From Pristiophorus japonicus (lineage: Eukaryota): a stretch of 64,000 bases of DNA. The stretch covers positions 310,001-374,000 of the forward strand of contig NW_027251778.1 of NCBI RefSeq assembly GCF_044704955.1. The letters are read 5' to 3'. Below are positions 25,031-39,536 of this stretch, in pieces. Every line of letters begins with the position of its first letter. Positions within the stretch are counted from its first letter, which is position 1. Below the pieces are notes generated by a model, which was not told where the DNA came from, did no database searches, and saw only the letters and a program-made list of their open reading frames with translations. The translations under genes were made by a program, and so were the position numbers.

Positions 25031-25178
25031 TCAGATTTTCTGGCTCCAATGTTTTAATTAAATCGTTGCTTGCTGTCTGTCTTGATCGACAGAATAACGT
25101 GGCTAAAAAAAACTTCAGTCAAATGCCTCGTTGATTGCGTCTCTGATCGATTTTAATTGAGCCCCTATTCCTTTCCAG

Positions 25179-25484
25179 GTAATGTGCTTTCAGACCCGCT
25201 AGCCCAGTGGCCTGCTACCATTGTTGCAGTACAGCAAGGCAGCGCGGAACTGACTTGTTTTCGCAATGGATTCGCCCGTCAAAGCCTGCTTTGGTATAAA
25301 TTCGCCGGAGAAGGGCTCGTGTTAATTGGCTATTTCATCTGGTCGTCGCAACCCCAAATGGCAGAGGGACTAAAGGCGAGATTTCACATGGCGCGAAGCG
25401 AGAGTGAAAGGAAAGCCATTCTCCGGATCAGCGGCTTGAGAGCGAGCGACCAGGCGGTGTATTACTGCGCCGATAGTGTTGGAG
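25179..25484 (+). CDS. TRBV: Family-B V exon B5, open frame, leaderless
   Basis: Same protein as B3; RSS 25485-25523. Confidence 0.82.
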
Positions 25485-26239
25485 CACAGCGCAACAGACA
25501 GAGGCACAACCCGGCCCCAAACCGCCAGCAACTGATTGGTTTGTTCAGATCCGTTACACGTATTTCCATCATTCCCCGGGTGAGCTCAACTTTCAGTCTC
25601 TCCTTCTCTCTGTCTCGAGAAAGAAAGGATGAAAGAAAGAAAGAAGAAAGAAAGAAGGAGAGAAAGCAAGACAGTAAAAAGGAGAAAAGTAACGACAGAA
25701 AGCAGAGAAAGAAGGAAGGAGAGAAAGGAAGGAGAGAAAGAAAGTTGGAGAGAAGGAAGGAAAAGAGAGAAGGAAAGAGAGAGAGAATGAAAGCAGGACA
25801 GAAAGCAAGGAGTGAAAGAACGAAGGAGAACAAGAAAGATGGATTGAAATCAAGAAGGAGAGAAAGAAAGAATGAGAGATAGAAAGAAAGAGTGAAAGAA
25901 AAAAGCACAGTAAGAAAGAAAGAATGGGTGAAAGAAAGACAGGTGAGAAAGGATGTTGTGTAGCTGCACAAAGCTCATATATGTCAACCGTTCAAAACAT
26001 AACCAAACTGGCGAACTCTTTGAACAGATTGCTCACTGCCAAAGCAGTCCTGCCGACTAATTATTCTGACATTGACATCTCAGAAGCAAGGATTGACTTT
26101 GCCCGGTTAAGGGAACGTTCTATTGGGCAATCTTGCAATGACGTTACTTCCTCCACCAACCACAAAACGAGGTGCAAGAAGCGATAAGATCCCATTGAGT
26201 GCCAGCAGGGCTGGGCTGGGAGGTGGGGAGTCTGTGATC

Positions 26240-27374
26240 ATGATGTGCACTGTTTGCCGATATACACTGTTGATGATTCTCGCTGGTAAATCTTTATACC
26301 TGTCGGGCAATTCGGGCCCGGTTTAATCTGCAAACTGATAGTCGGGTTGCTGAATGTACGCTGCAATCAGTTAGCTAAATTAAAGGCTTTATAATTGTTC
26401 AGCGAAGCAAGTTGTTAAGATCAGGAGTGTCCTGCCTGAGAGGGTAGTGAAACACAATCCATAGTAACTCGCAAAAGGCAATTGGATCAATAGCTGAAGG
26501 CGGAAGTTCTGTTGGGAGAAGGTGTGTCGGAGTAGGAATAATCGGGAGGTTGTTTCAAAGAGACAGCACTGCAAGATGGACCAAATGGTCTCCTACTCTT
26601 CTGTAGCACCCCATGTTCCAACAAATACATTATATTGTGGCCTAATTGGTTTCTAAATAAATGTCACGTGATTTGTCGGCTCCCTTTGAGCTGAAGGTTG
26701 GACGGGCCGAGGTGGCGAGTCCCGGCTGATTGCCCAGGTGAGAGAGCCGAACCCGTCCGTCTCCATCGACTGGTGGGCGGTGCAAAGGAGCCAGAATCGT
26801 CGGCGCAGCGGGTGAGCGGAGCCGGCTAACATGTTGCCCGCAACCCCACACAGCATTGGGCACTGAGACCAAGTGTAGCGATTTAGCGCCACTCCGTTTG
26901 TGAGCAGCTGATTCTAGGCCATCCACAGATGACGAGGCTGTATTTTAGCTGGGCGTACTGTTCGACTGTGGTGTGCATCGCGCGTTTTGACTGAAAGTGT
27001 CTCTCTCGATATATGTATCCCTGATGTACCTGTTTATATTTGACACGACCTGTTTCTCCTGTTCCCCTGCAGCCCCTTGCAGGAGCGCTCTGATTTCCCA
27101 ATGGTCCAAACGCCTATCGCTTGGAGCGGGGCTCACTGCTGAAATGCATTGTTACCAGAACGACTCCAGCTATAGCTACATGTACTGGTACCGGCAGCGT
27201 AGCGGGACAGGCTTTCAGCTCATAGCGACCTCGCTCACCACCAACGACCACACGCCTGAAGACGGTTTCAAGGAGAAGTTTAAAGGCACCAGACCCGATC
27301 TTAAATCTTACAGCCTAAAAACACTGAGCATGGAGCCGGCTGACACAGCGGTGTATTACTGCGCTGCCAGTGAT
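26240..27374 (+). CDS. TRBV: TCR V segment A10 (leader 26240-26285, exon 27073-27374), intact
   Basis: Open frame; RSS from 27375. Confidence 0.87.
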
Positions 27375-28491
27375 CACAGTGATTCAAGCAGGTTTAACTC
27401 TGCGTCCAAAACACATCACCCTCTCACACTGAGCCGAAAACTCACTTAAGCAGAGCTCAAAAAGTCACCTGCACATCGATGAATGCTCACCACGGTTTCT
27501 GCTGACTGCAACGTGTTGAATAAGGACCTCAATTGTAATTTAGAATAACCAAAAAGGATTTCGGGATATCAGATCAAACGGATTCTTTCAACCAAATTCT
27601 TTATGATAACTTATGTAATAGTAGCAGGAGTGTGACATTCGGCCCCTCGAGCTTGCTCCGCCACTTAATAAGATCATGCTTGATCTGATCATGGGCTTAG
27701 CTCCACTTCCCCGCCCACTCCCATAACCCTTGCCTCCCTTATCGATGAATAATCTGTCTCTCTCCACCTTAAAGATATTCAATGACCCAACCTCCACAGC
27801 TCTCTGCGGTGGATAATTCAAATGTTTTATGAACATCTGAGAGAAGAAATGTGTCCACATTTCCCTCTGAAATTGGTGGCCCCTTATTCTCAAACTATGC
27901 CCCGAGTTCTAGATTCCCCCCACGAGGGGAAACATTCACTCTCCATCTCCACTGTCGAGCCACTCAGAATCATATTCGTTTCAATAAGTTCACCTCTCTT
28001 TCTTCAAAACGGCAATATGTACAGGCCTAACCTGCTCAAACTTTCCTCAAAAGGCAACCCCATCATCTCAGGAATCAACCTCGTGAACCTTCTCTGAACA
28101 GACTCCAATGCAACTATACCCTTCCTTAAATACGGAGACCAAAACTGTACGCAGTACTCCAGGTGTGGTCTCACCAACGCCCTGTTGAAAGCAGTTTCAG
28201 CTTTTAAAAGGAGGATTGCTTATATACTTGAAAAAAACAACAACATTTCGGGCTATGGGGAAAGAGCAGGGGGTGGGGTCGTCAGATTAATTGCATCATT
28301 CAGACTGCACGGGCTGGATTGGCTGCTTCTGCGCTCTGTGAATTTGTGCAGATTTTCAGCCTCCAATTTAATTAAATCGTTGCATGCTGTCTGTCTTGAT
28401 CCACAGAATATCGTGGTTAAAAAAAATTCAGGCAACTGCCTCGTTGATTGCATTGCTGATCGATCTTAGTTGATCCCCTATTCCTTTCCAG

Positions 28492-28703
28492 GTAATGTGC
28501 TGTCGGACCCGCTAGCCCAGTTGCCCGCTTCGATTGTTGTAGTATAGCGAGGCAGCGCAGAACTGAATGGTTTTCGCAGTGGATTCGCCTATCAGAGTCT
28601 GCTTTGGTATAAATTCGCCGGAAAAGGGCCCGTGTTAATTGGCTTTTTCATCTGGTGGTCGCAACGCCAAAGGGCAGAGTGATTAACGGGGAGATTTCAC
28701 ATG
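28492..28703 (+). pseudogene. TRBV: Family-B V B6, truncated (copy of B4)
   Basis: Same lesions as B4. Confidence 0.85.
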
Positions 28704-29211
28704 TCTTGAGAAAGAAAGGAAGAAAGAAGTATATAAGAAAGAAAGAAGGAAACAAAAAGGTGACAGTAAAATGGAGAGGAGTAACGAAAGAAAGAAAGAG
28801 AGAAAGAAAGGAGAAGGAAAGAATAGAAAGGAAGATGGGGAGAAAAAAGTTAGGCGAGAAAGATTGGAGGAGCGGAAGAAAGGAGAGAAAGAAGGAAGTG
28901 AGAAAGAAAGGAGAGAAAGATAGAATGTGATGTATCTGCACAAAGCTCATATATGTCAACCGTTCAAAACTTATTGCAACTCACAGAAACGTTGAGTCAA
29001 TTGCACAGTGCAAAAGCAGTCCTGTGTACTGATTATTCTGACATTTACATCTTAGAAACAAGCATCCGCATAGCCCGGAGGAGGGGACGTTCTATTGGAT
29101 ACTCATGCAATGTCGTTACTTCCTCCACCAAACACTAAACGAGGAGCAGGGGGCGATAAGATCTCATTGATTGTCAGCAGGGCTGGGCTGGGAGGTGCTG
29201 AGTCTGTGATC

Positions 29212-30301
29212 ATGGTGTGCACTGTTTGCCGATATACACTGTTGCTGGTTCTTGCAGGTAACTCTTTATACCTGTCGGGCAATTCGGGCACGATTTAATC
29301 TGGTAACTTATAGTCGGGATGCTGAATGTACGCTGCAATCTGTTAGATCACTGAAATATTTTATAATTTTGAGCTCAGCGAGTTGTTAGGATCAGGAGTG
29401 TCCTGCCTGAGAGGGAGGTGAAACACATTCAATAGTAACTCGCAAAAGACAATTGGATTAAAAGCTGAAGGAGGTATTCTGCAGGGCTGTGGGGAAAAGG
29501 TGTGTCGCAGTAGGAATAATCGGGAGGTTTTTTCAAAGAGACCGAACTGCAAGATGGACCAAATGCTTCCCTACCCTGCTGTAACACACCATGTTCCTAA
29601 ACATCCATTATATTTTGGCCTAATTGGTTTCTAGAAATGCGTCACTTGCCTCGTTTCATCACTTTGTGCTGAAGGTTGGACGGGCCGAGGCGGCGGAATC
29701 GGATGCGCACGGTGTGATGGGTCCCGCTAACATTTTGCATCTCGCCACTACTCCCCCACGCCACCCCTCACCCCCAGCAATGTGCACTGGGACCAAGTGC
29801 AGCAATTTAACGCCGCTCCGGTCGTGTTCAGCTGATTCTAGACCATCCACTGATGACGAGTCTGTATTTTAGTTGGGCGAACTGTTCGACTGTGGTGTAC
29901 ATCGCGCGTTTGAGCAGAAAGTGTCTCTCTCTATCTCTCCATCTATCCCCGTTGCAGCTGTTTTGTTTAACGCGACCTGTTTCTCCTGTTCCTGTGTAGC
30001 CCCTTGCAGGAGCGCGCTGGTTTCACAGTGGCCGAACCGGCTGTCGCTTGGAGCCGAGCTCACGGCTGAAATGTACTGTTACCAGAACGACACCAGCGAT
30101 ACCTACATGTACTGGTACCGGCAGCATCGCGGGACAGTCTTTCAACTCATCGCGACCTCTGTCGGCACATCGGTCCCCACGTTTGAAGAAGGTTTCAAGG
30201 ACAGGTTTGATGGTAGCAGATCCGATCTTAAATCTTGCAGCCTAAAAATACTGAGCGTGGATCTGGCTGACACGGCGGTGTATTACTGCGCTGCCAGTGA
30301 T
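29212..30301 (+). CDS. TRBV: TCR V segment A11 (leader 29212-29257, exon 30000-30301), intact
   Basis: Open frame; RSS from 30302. Confidence 0.86.
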
Positions 30302-31227
30302 CACAGTGATTCAATCAGGTTTAGACCCGCTTCAAAAACATACCAGCCTCTCACACTGAGCCGAAAACTCACTTAAGCAGAGCTCCAAAAGTCTCCTGCA
30401 CGTCGCTGAAAGCTTGCACCGTTTTCTGGTGACTGCAATGTGTTAAATATGGACATCTATTCTAATTTAGACACATCAAAAACGATTTCTGTATTTCAGA
30501 TCAAAGGGATTAGGTCAACCAATTTCTTTATGAGAACATAAGAAGTAGGAGCAGGAGTCGGCCATACGGCCCCACGAGCCTGCTCCGCCATTCAATAAGA
30601 TCATGGCTGCTCTGATCATGGACTCAACTCCTATCATGATAAGCCGACCCTCGGAATCTAGGAAGACATGCTTCCACTCTTAAAATAAGTCAGAAACAGA
30701 TTGGTTTGTGCAGATCCCTTATACGTTTTGCGATCATTCGCTAGGTGTGCTCAATTGTCAGTGTTTCTTTCTCTCCGTCTCAAGAAAGAAAGGAAGGAAG
30801 AAATCAATACGAAAGAAAGAAGAGTAAAGAAGTCAGCAAAATAGAGAGAAGTTAAGAAAGAAAGAGAGAAGAAAAGAAGGAGAGAAAGAAAGAAGAGGAG
30901 AAAGAAAGAAGGCGAGATGGAAGGAAATAAAGAGAGAAAGAATGTCGTGTATCAGCACAAAGCTCATATATATCAACAGTTCAGAAATTAATGAAACTCG
31001 CATACACTATCAATAGATTGCCCATTGCAATAGTAGTTCTGTGCACTGATTATTCTTACATTTACATCTCAGAAACAAGAATCTGCATTGCCCGGATGAG
31101 GAAAATTTCTATTGGATACTCTTGCAATGACGTTACTTCCTCCACCAACCACAAAACGAGGCACAGGGGCGATAAGATCCCATTGAGTGTCAGCAGAGCA
31201 GGGTTGGGAGGTGGGGAGTCTGTGACC

Positions 31228-32364
31228 ATGATGTGCACTGTTTGCCTATATACGCTGTTGTTAGTTCTCGCAGGTAAGTCTTTATACCTGTCGGGCAATT
31301 CGGGCACGGTTTAACCTGCTTACTGATAGTCGGGTTGCTGAATGTACGCTGCAATCAGTTAGCTCACTTAAAGGCTTTATAATTGTTCAGCGCAGCGAGT
31401 TGTTCGGATCAGAAGTGTCCAGCCTGAGAGGGCGGTGGAACTCACTAAATAGTAACTCGCAAAGGCAAATTGGATCAGTAACTGAAGGGGGAAATTCTGC
31501 AGAGCTGTTGGAAGAAGGTATGTCGGAGTAAGAATAATCGGGAGGGTGTTTCATTGAGACAGCACTGCAAGATGGACCAAATGGTCTACTCTGCTGTAAT
31601 ACCCCATGTTCTTCCAATTCTATTATATTGTGGTCTAATTGGTTTCTAAATATATGTCACCTACCTCGTCGCCTCCGTTTGAGCTGAAAGTTAGACAGGC
31701 CGAGACGGCGGGTCCAGGCCGATTGCCCAGGTGAGTGAACCAAACCAGTCCATCTCCATAGCCTGGTGGACAGAGAAAAGGAGCCAGAATCAGCGGTGCA
31801 CTGGGTGAGCGGAGCCCACTAACATGTTACCACCAACCCTCCCAGCAATGGTCACTGAGGCCAAGTGTACCAATTTAGCACCACTCCGGTCGTGACCAGC
31901 TGGTAATAAGCCATCCACAGATGACGAGTCTGTATTTTAGCGGGTCGCACTGTTCGACTGTGTTGTGCATCGCGCGTTTTGGTAGAAAGTTTCTCGCTCC
32001 CTCTCTATCCCCGTTGTAGCTGTTTATATTTGACCCGAACTGTTTCTCCTGTTCCTCTGCAGCCCCTTGCAGGAGCGCTGTGGTGTCCCAGTGGCCGAAC
32101 CGGCTGTCGCTTGGAGTGGGGCTCACCGCTGAAATGCACTGTTACCAGAACGACACCAGCGATAACTACATGTACTGGTACCAGCAGCGTAGCGGGGCAG
32201 GGTTCCAGCTCATAGCGACCTCGGTCACTACCAATGACCCCACGCCTGAAGACGGTTTCAAGGAGAGGTTTAAAGGCACCAGAACCGATCTTAAATCTTG
32301 CAGCCTGAAAATACTGAGAATGGAGCCGGGTGACACGGCGGTGTATTACTGCGCTGCCAGTGAT
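31228..32364 (+). CDS. TRBV: TCR V segment A12 (leader 31228-31273, exon 32063-32364), intact
   Basis: Open frame; RSS from 32365. Confidence 0.87.
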
Positions 32365-33487
32365 CACAGTGATTCAAGCAGGTTTAGCCCTGCATCAAAA
32401 ACACATCACCCTCTCACACTGAGCCGAAAACTCACTTAAGCAGCGCTCAAAAAGTCACCTGCACATCGATGAATGCTCACCACGTTTTCTGGTGACTGCA
32501 ACGTGTTGAATGAGGACATCTATTCTAATTTAGAATAATCAAAAACGATTTCTGGATTCCAGATCAAAAGGATTATTTCAACCAAATTATTTATGAGAGC
32601 AAAAGGAATAGGAGCAGGAGTGGGTCATTCCCGCGCCTCGACCCTGCTGCACCACTCAATGAGATCATGGCTGATCTGATCATGGAATCAGCTCCACTTC
32701 ACCGCCCGCTCGCACTGACCCTTGCCTCCATGATCGCTCAAAATCTGTCGATCTCCACCTTAAATATATTCAGTGAACCAGCCTCCACAGCTCTCTGCGG
32801 TGGACAGTTTAAAAGTTTCACGAACCTTTGAGACAAGAAATTCCTCCACATCTCCATCTTAAATGGGCGATCCCATTATTCTGAGACTGTGCTCCCTAGT
32901 ACTAGATTCCACCACGAGGTGAAACATGCACACTGCATCTACCTTGTCGAGCCCCCTCAGAAACATGTATGTTTCAATAAGTTCACCTCTCATTCTTCTA
33001 AACTCCAATGGGTAGAGGCCCAAACATCTCAACTTTTCTCAAAAGGCAATCCCTTCAGCTCAGGAATAGACCGAGTGCACCTTCTCTGAACAGCCTCCAA
33101 TGCAAGGATATCCTTCCATAAATACTGAGATCAATACTGTCGGCAGTACAGTAGGTGTGGGCTCACCAACGCCCTGTTGAAAGCAGATTCAGCTTTTAAA
33201 AGGAGGAATGGATATATACTTGAAAGGAACAACAATATGTCGGGCTATGGGGAAAGAGCAGGGGTTGGGGCAGTGTGGTGAGTTGCATGATGCAGACTGC
33301 ACGGGCTAGATTGGCAACTTCTGCGCTCTGTGAATTTGTTCAGATTTTCTGGCTCCAATGTTTTAATTAAATCGTTGCTTGCTGTCTGTCTTGATCGACA
33401 GAATAACGTGGCTAAAAAAAACTTCAGTCAAATGCCTCGTTGATTGCGTCTCTGATCGATTTTAATTGAGCCCCTATTCCTTTCCAG

Positions 33488-33793
33488 GTAATGTGCTTTC
33501 AGACCCGCTAGCCCAGTGGCCTGCTACCATTGTTGCAGTACAGCAAGGCAGCGCGGAACTGACTTGTTTTCGCAATGGATTCGCCCGTCAAAGCCTGCTT
33601 TGGTATAAATTCGCCGGAGAAGGGCTCGTGTTAATTGGCTATTTCATCTGGTCATCGCAACCCCAAATGGCAGAGGGACTAAAGGCGAGATTTCACATGG
33701 CGCGAAGCGAGAGTGAAAGGAAAGCCATTCTCCGGATCAGCGGCTTGAGAGCGAGCGACCAGGCGGTGTATTACTGCGCCGATAGTGTTGGAG
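33488..33793 (+). CDS. TRBV: Family-B V exon B7, open frame, leaderless
   Basis: RSS 33794-33832. Confidence 0.82.
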
Positions 33794-34548
33794 CACAGCG
33801 CTACAGACAGAGGCACAACCCGGCCCCAAACCGCCAGCAACTGATTGGTTTGTTCAGATCCGTTACACGTATTTCCATCATTCCCCGGGTGAGCTCAACT
33901 TTCAGTCTCTCCTTCTCTCTGTCTCGAGAAAGAAAGGATGAAAGAAAGAAAGAAGAAAGAAAGAAGGAGAGAAAGCAAGACAGTAAAAAGGAGAAAAGTA
34001 ACGACAGAAAGCAGAGAAAGAAGGAAGGAGAGAAAGAAAGGAGAGAAAGAAAGTTGGAGAGAAGGAAGGAAAAGAGAGAAGGAAAGAGAGAGAGAATGAA
34101 AGCAGGACAGAAAGCAAGGAGTGAAAGAACGAAGGAGAACAAGAAAGATGGATTGAAATCAAGAAGGAGAGAAAGAAAGAATGAGAGATAGAAAGAAAGA
34201 GTGAAAGAAAAAAGCACAGTAAGAAAGAAAGAATGGGTGAAAGAAAGACAGGTGAGAAAGGATGTTGTGTATCTGCACAAAGCTCATATATGTCAACCGT
34301 TCAAAACATAACCAAACTGGCGAACTCTTTGAACAGATTGCTCACTGCCAAAGCAGTCCTGCCGACTAATTATTCTGACATTGACATCTCAGAAGCAAGG
34401 ATTGACTTTGCCCGGTTAAGGGAACGTTCTATTGGGCAATCTTGCAATGACGTTACTTCCTCCACCAACCACAAAACGAGGTGCAAGAAGCGATAAGATC
34501 CCATTGAGTGCCAGCAGGGCTGGGCTGGGAGGTGGGGAGTCTGTGATC

Positions 34549-35683
34549 ATGATGTGCACTGTTTGCCGATATACACTGTTGATGATTCTCGCTGGTAAAT
34601 CTTTATACCTGTCGGGCAATTCGGGCCCGGTTTAATCTGCAAACTGATAGTCGGGTTGCTGAATGTACGCTGCAATCAGTTAGCTAACTTAAAGGCTTTA
34701 TAATTGTTCAGCGAAGCCAGTTGTTAAGATCAGGAGTGTCCTGCCTGAGAGGGTAGTGAAACACAATCCATAGTAACTCGCAAAAGGCAATTGGATCAAT
34801 AGCTGAAGGCGGAAGTTCTGTTGGGAGAAGGTGTGTCGGAGTAGGAATAATCGGGAGGTTGTTTCAAAGAGACAGCACTGCAAGATGGACCAAATGGTCT
34901 CCTACTCTTCTGTAGCACCCCATGTTCCAACAAATACATTATATTGTGGCCTAATTGGTTTCTAAATAAATGTCACGTGATTTGTCGGCTCCCTTTGAGC
35001 TGAAGGTTGGACGGGCCGAGGTGGCGAGTCCCGGCTGATTGCCCAGGTGAGAGAGCCGAACCCGTCCGTCTCCATCGACTGGTGGGCGGTGCAAAGGAGC
35101 CAGAATCGTCGGCGCAGCGGGTGAGCGGAGCCGGCTAACATGTTGCCCGCAACCCCACACAGCATTGGGCACTGAGACCAAGTGTAGCGATTTAGCGCCA
35201 CTCCGTTTGTGAGCAGCTGATTCTAGGCCATCCACAGATGACGAGGCTGTATTTTAGCTGGGCGTACTGTTCGACTGTGGTGTGCATCGCGCGTTTTGAC
35301 TGAAAGTGTCTCTCTCGATATATGTATCCCTGATGTACCTGTTTATATTTGACACGACCTGTTTCTCCTGTTCCCCTGCAGCCCCTTGCAGGAGCGCTCT
35401 GATTTCCCAATGGTCCAAACGCCTATCGCTTGGAGCGGGGCTCACTGCTGAAATGCATTGTTACCAGAACGACTCCAGCTATAGCTACATGTACTGGTAC
35501 CGGCAGCGTAGCGGGACAGGCTTTCAGCTCATAGCGACCTCGCTCACCACCAACGACCACACGCCTGAAGACGGTTTCAAGGAGAAGTTTAAAGGCACCA
35601 GACCCGATCTTAAATCTGACAGCCTAAAAACACTGAGCATGGAGCCGGCTGACACAGCGGTGTATTACTGCGCTGCCAGTGAT
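34549..35683 (+). CDS. TRBV: TCR V segment A13 (leader 34549-34594, exon 35382-35683), open frame, KSDSL variant
   Basis: RSS from 35684. Confidence 0.84.
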
Positions 35684-36800
35684 CACAGTGATTCAAGCAG
35701 GTTTAACTCTGCGTCCAAAACACATCACCCTCTCACACTGAGCCGAAAACTCACTTAAGCAGAGCTCAAAAAGTCACCTGCACATCGATGAATGCTCACC
35801 ACGGTTTCTGCTGACAGCAACGTGTTGAATAAGGACCTCAATTGTAATTTAGAATAACCAAAAAGGATTTCGGGATATCAGATCAAACGGATTCTTTCAA
35901 CCAAATTCTTTATGATAACTTATGTAATAGTAGCAGGAGTGTGACATTCGGCCCCTCGAGCTTGCTCCGCCACTTAATAAGATCATGCTTGATCTGATCA
36001 TGGGCTTAGCTCCACTTCCCCGCCCACTCCCATAACCCTTGCCTCCCTTATCGATGAATAATCTGTCTCTCTCCACCTTAAAGATATTCAATGACCCAAC
36101 CTCCACAGCTCTCTGCGGTGGATAATTCAAATGTTTTATGAACATCTGAGAGAAGAAATGTGTCCACATTTCCCTCTGAAATTGGTGGCCCCTTATTCTC
36201 AAACTATGCCCCGAGTTCTAGATTCCCCCCACGAGGGGAAACATTCACTCTCCATCTCCACTGTCGAGCCACTCAGAATCATATTCGTTTCAATAAGTTC
36301 ACCTCTCTTTCTTCAAAACGGCAATATGTACAGGCCTAACCTGCTCAAACTTTCCTCAAAAGGCAACCCCATCATCTCAGGAATCAACCTCGTGAACCTT
36401 CTCTGAACAGACTCCAATGCAACTATACCCTTCCTTAAATACGGAGACCAAAACTGTACGCAGTACTCCAGGTGTGGTCTCACCAACGCCCTGTTGAAAG
36501 CAGTTTCAGCTTTTAAAAGGAGGATTGCTTATATACTTGAAAAAAACAACAACATTTCGGGCTATGGGGAAAGAGCAGGGGGTGGGGTCGTCAGATTAAT
36601 TGCATCATTCAGACTGCACGGGCTGGATTGGCTGCTTCTGCGCTCTGTGAATTTGTGCAGATTTTCAGCCTCCAATTTAATTAAATCGTTGCATGCTGTC
36701 TGTCTTGATCCACAGAATATCGTGGTTAAAAAAAATTCAGGCAACTGCCTCGTTGATTGCATTGCTGATCGATCTTAGTTGATCCCCTATTCCTTTCCAG

Positions 36801-37012
36801 GTAATGTGCTGTCGGACCCGCTAGCCCAGTTGCCCGCTTCGATTGTTGTAGTATAGCGAGGCAGCGCAGAACTGAATGGTTTTCGCAGTGGATTCGCCTA
36901 TCAGAGTCTGCTTTGGTATAAATTCGCCGGAAAAGGGCCCGTGTTAATTGGCTTTTTCATCTGGTGGTCGCAACGCCAAAGGGCAGAGTGATTAACGGGG
37001 AGATTTCACATG
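36801..37012 (+). pseudogene. TRBV: Family-B V B8, truncated (copy of B4)
   Basis: Same lesions as B4. Confidence 0.85.
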
Positions 37013-37520
37013 TCTTGAGAAAGAAAGGAAGAAAGAAGTATATAAGAAAGAAAGAAGGAAACAAAAAGGTGACAGTAAAATGGAGAGGAGTAACGAAAGA
37101 AAGAAAGAGAGAAAGAAAGGAGAAGGAAAGAATAGAAAGGAAGATGGGGAGAAAAAAGTTAGGCGAGAAAGATTGGAGGAGCGGAAGAAAGGAGAGAAAG
37201 AAGGAAGTGAGAAAGAAAGGAGAGAAAGATAGAATGTGATGTATCTGCACAAAGCTCATATATGTCAACCGTTCAAAACTTATTGCAACTCACAGAAACG
37301 TTGAGTCAATTGCACAGTGCAAAAGCAGTCCTGTGTACTGATTATTCTGACATTTACATCTTAGAAACAAGCATCCGCATAGCCCGGAGGAGGGGACGTT
37401 CTATTGGATACTCATGCAATGTCGTTACTTCCTCCACCAAACACTAAACGAGGAGCAGGGGGCGATAAGATCTCATTGATTGTCAGCAGGGCTGGGCTGG
37501 GAGGTGCTGAGTCTGTGATC

Positions 37521-38610
37521 ATGGTGTGCACTGTTTGCCGATATACACTGTTGCTGGTTCTTGCAGGTAACTCTTTATACCTGTCGGGCAATTCGGGCAC
37601 GATTTAATCTGGTAACTTATAGTCGGGATGCTGAATGTACGCTGCAATCTGTTAGATCACTGAAATATTTTATAATTTTGAGCTCAGCGAGTTGTTAGGA
37701 TCAGGAGTGTCCTGCCTGAGAGGGAGGTGAAACACATTCAATAGTAACTCGCAAAAGACAATTGGATTAAAAGCTGAAGGAGGTATTCTGCAGGGCTGTG
37801 GGGAAAAGGTGTGTCGCAGTAGGAATAATCGGGAGGTTTTTTCAAAGAGACCGAACTGCAAGATGGACCAAATGCTTCCCTACCCTGCTGTAACACACCA
37901 TGTTCCTAAACATCCATTATATTTTGGCCTAATTGGTTTCTAGAAATGCGTCACTTGCCTCGTTTCATCACTTTGTGCTGAAGGTTGGACGGGCCGAGGC
38001 GGCGGAATCGGATGCGCACGGTGTGATGGGTCCCGCTAACATTTTGCATCTCGCCACTACTCCCCCACGCCACCCCTCACCCCCAGCAATGTGCACTGGG
38101 ACCAAGTGCAGCAATTTAACGCCGCTCCGGTCGTGTTCAGCTGATTCTAGACCATCCACTGATGACGAGTCTGTATTTTAGTTGGGCGAACTGTTCGACT
38201 GTGGTGTACATCGCGCGTTTGAGCAGAAAGTGTCTCTCTCTATCTCTCCATCTATCCCCGTTGCAGCTGTTTTGTTTAACGCGACCTGTTTCTCCTGTTC
38301 CTGTGTAGCCCCTTGCAGGAGCGCGCTGGTTTCACAGTGGCCGAACCGGCTGTCGCTTGGAGCCGAGCTCACGGCTGAAATGTACTGTTACCAGAACGAC
38401 ACCAGCGATACCTACATGTACTGGTACCGGCAGCATCGCGGGACAGTCTTTCAACTCATCGCGACCTCTGTCGGCACATCGGTCCCCACGTTTGAAGAAG
38501 GTTTCAAGGACAGGTTTGATGGTAGCAGATCCGATCTTAAATCTTGCAGCCTAAAAATACTGAGCGTGGATCTGGCTGACACGGCGGTGTATTACTGCGC
38601 TGCCAGTGAT
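37521..38610 (+). CDS. TRBV: TCR V segment A14 (leader 37521-37566, exon 38309-38610), intact
   Basis: RSS from 38611. Confidence 0.86.
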
Positions 38611-39536
38611 CACAGTGATTCAATCAGGTTTAGACCCGCTTCAAAAACATACCAGCCTCTCACACTGAGCCGAAAACTCACTTAAGCAGAGCTCCAAAAG
38701 TCTCCTGCACGTCGCTGAAAGCTTGCACCGTTTTCTGGTGACTGCAATGTGTTAAATATGGACATCTAATCTAATTTAGACACATCAAAAACGATTTCTG
38801 TATTTCAGATCAAAGGGATTAGGTCAACCAATTTCTTTATGAGAACATAAGAAGTAGGAGCAGGAGTCGGCCATACGGCCCCACGAGCCTGCTCCGCCAT
38901 TCAATAAGATCATGGCTGCTCTGATCATGGACTCAACTCCTATCATGATAAGCCGACCCTCGGAATCTAGGAAGACATGCTTCCACTCTTAAAATAAGTC
39001 AGAAACAGATTGGTTTGTGCAGATCCCTTATACGTTTTGCGATCATTCGCTAGGTGTGCTCAATTGTCAGTGTTTCTTTCTCTCCGTCTCAAGAAAGAAA
39101 GGAAGGAAGAAATCAATACGAAAGAAAGAAGAGTAAAGAAGTCAGCAAAATAGAGAGAAGTTAAGAAAGAAAGAGAGAAGAAAAGAAGGAGAGAAAGAAA
39201 GAAGAGGAGAAAGAAAGAAGGCGAGATGGAAGGAAATAAAGAGAGAAAGAATGTCGTGTATCAGCACAAAGCTCATATATATCAACAGTTCAGAAATTAA
39301 TGAAACTCGCATACACTATCAATAGATTGCCCATTGCAATAGTAGTTCTGTGCACTGATTATTCTTACATTTACATCTCAGAAACAAGAATCTGCATTGC
39401 CCGGATGAGGAAAATTTCTATTGGATACTCTTGCAATGACGTTACTTCCTCCACCAACCACAAAACGAGGCACAGGGGTGATAAGATCCCATTGAGTGTC
39501 AGCAGAGCAGGGTTGGGAGGTGGGGAGTCTGTGACC

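Noticed and set aside
24056-25178. NAR-TCR-like V-D-J plus supporting-V double-domain cassette
   Set aside because: No D with flanking RSSs and no J (FGxG plus donor) between A and B; family A is not IgNAR-like
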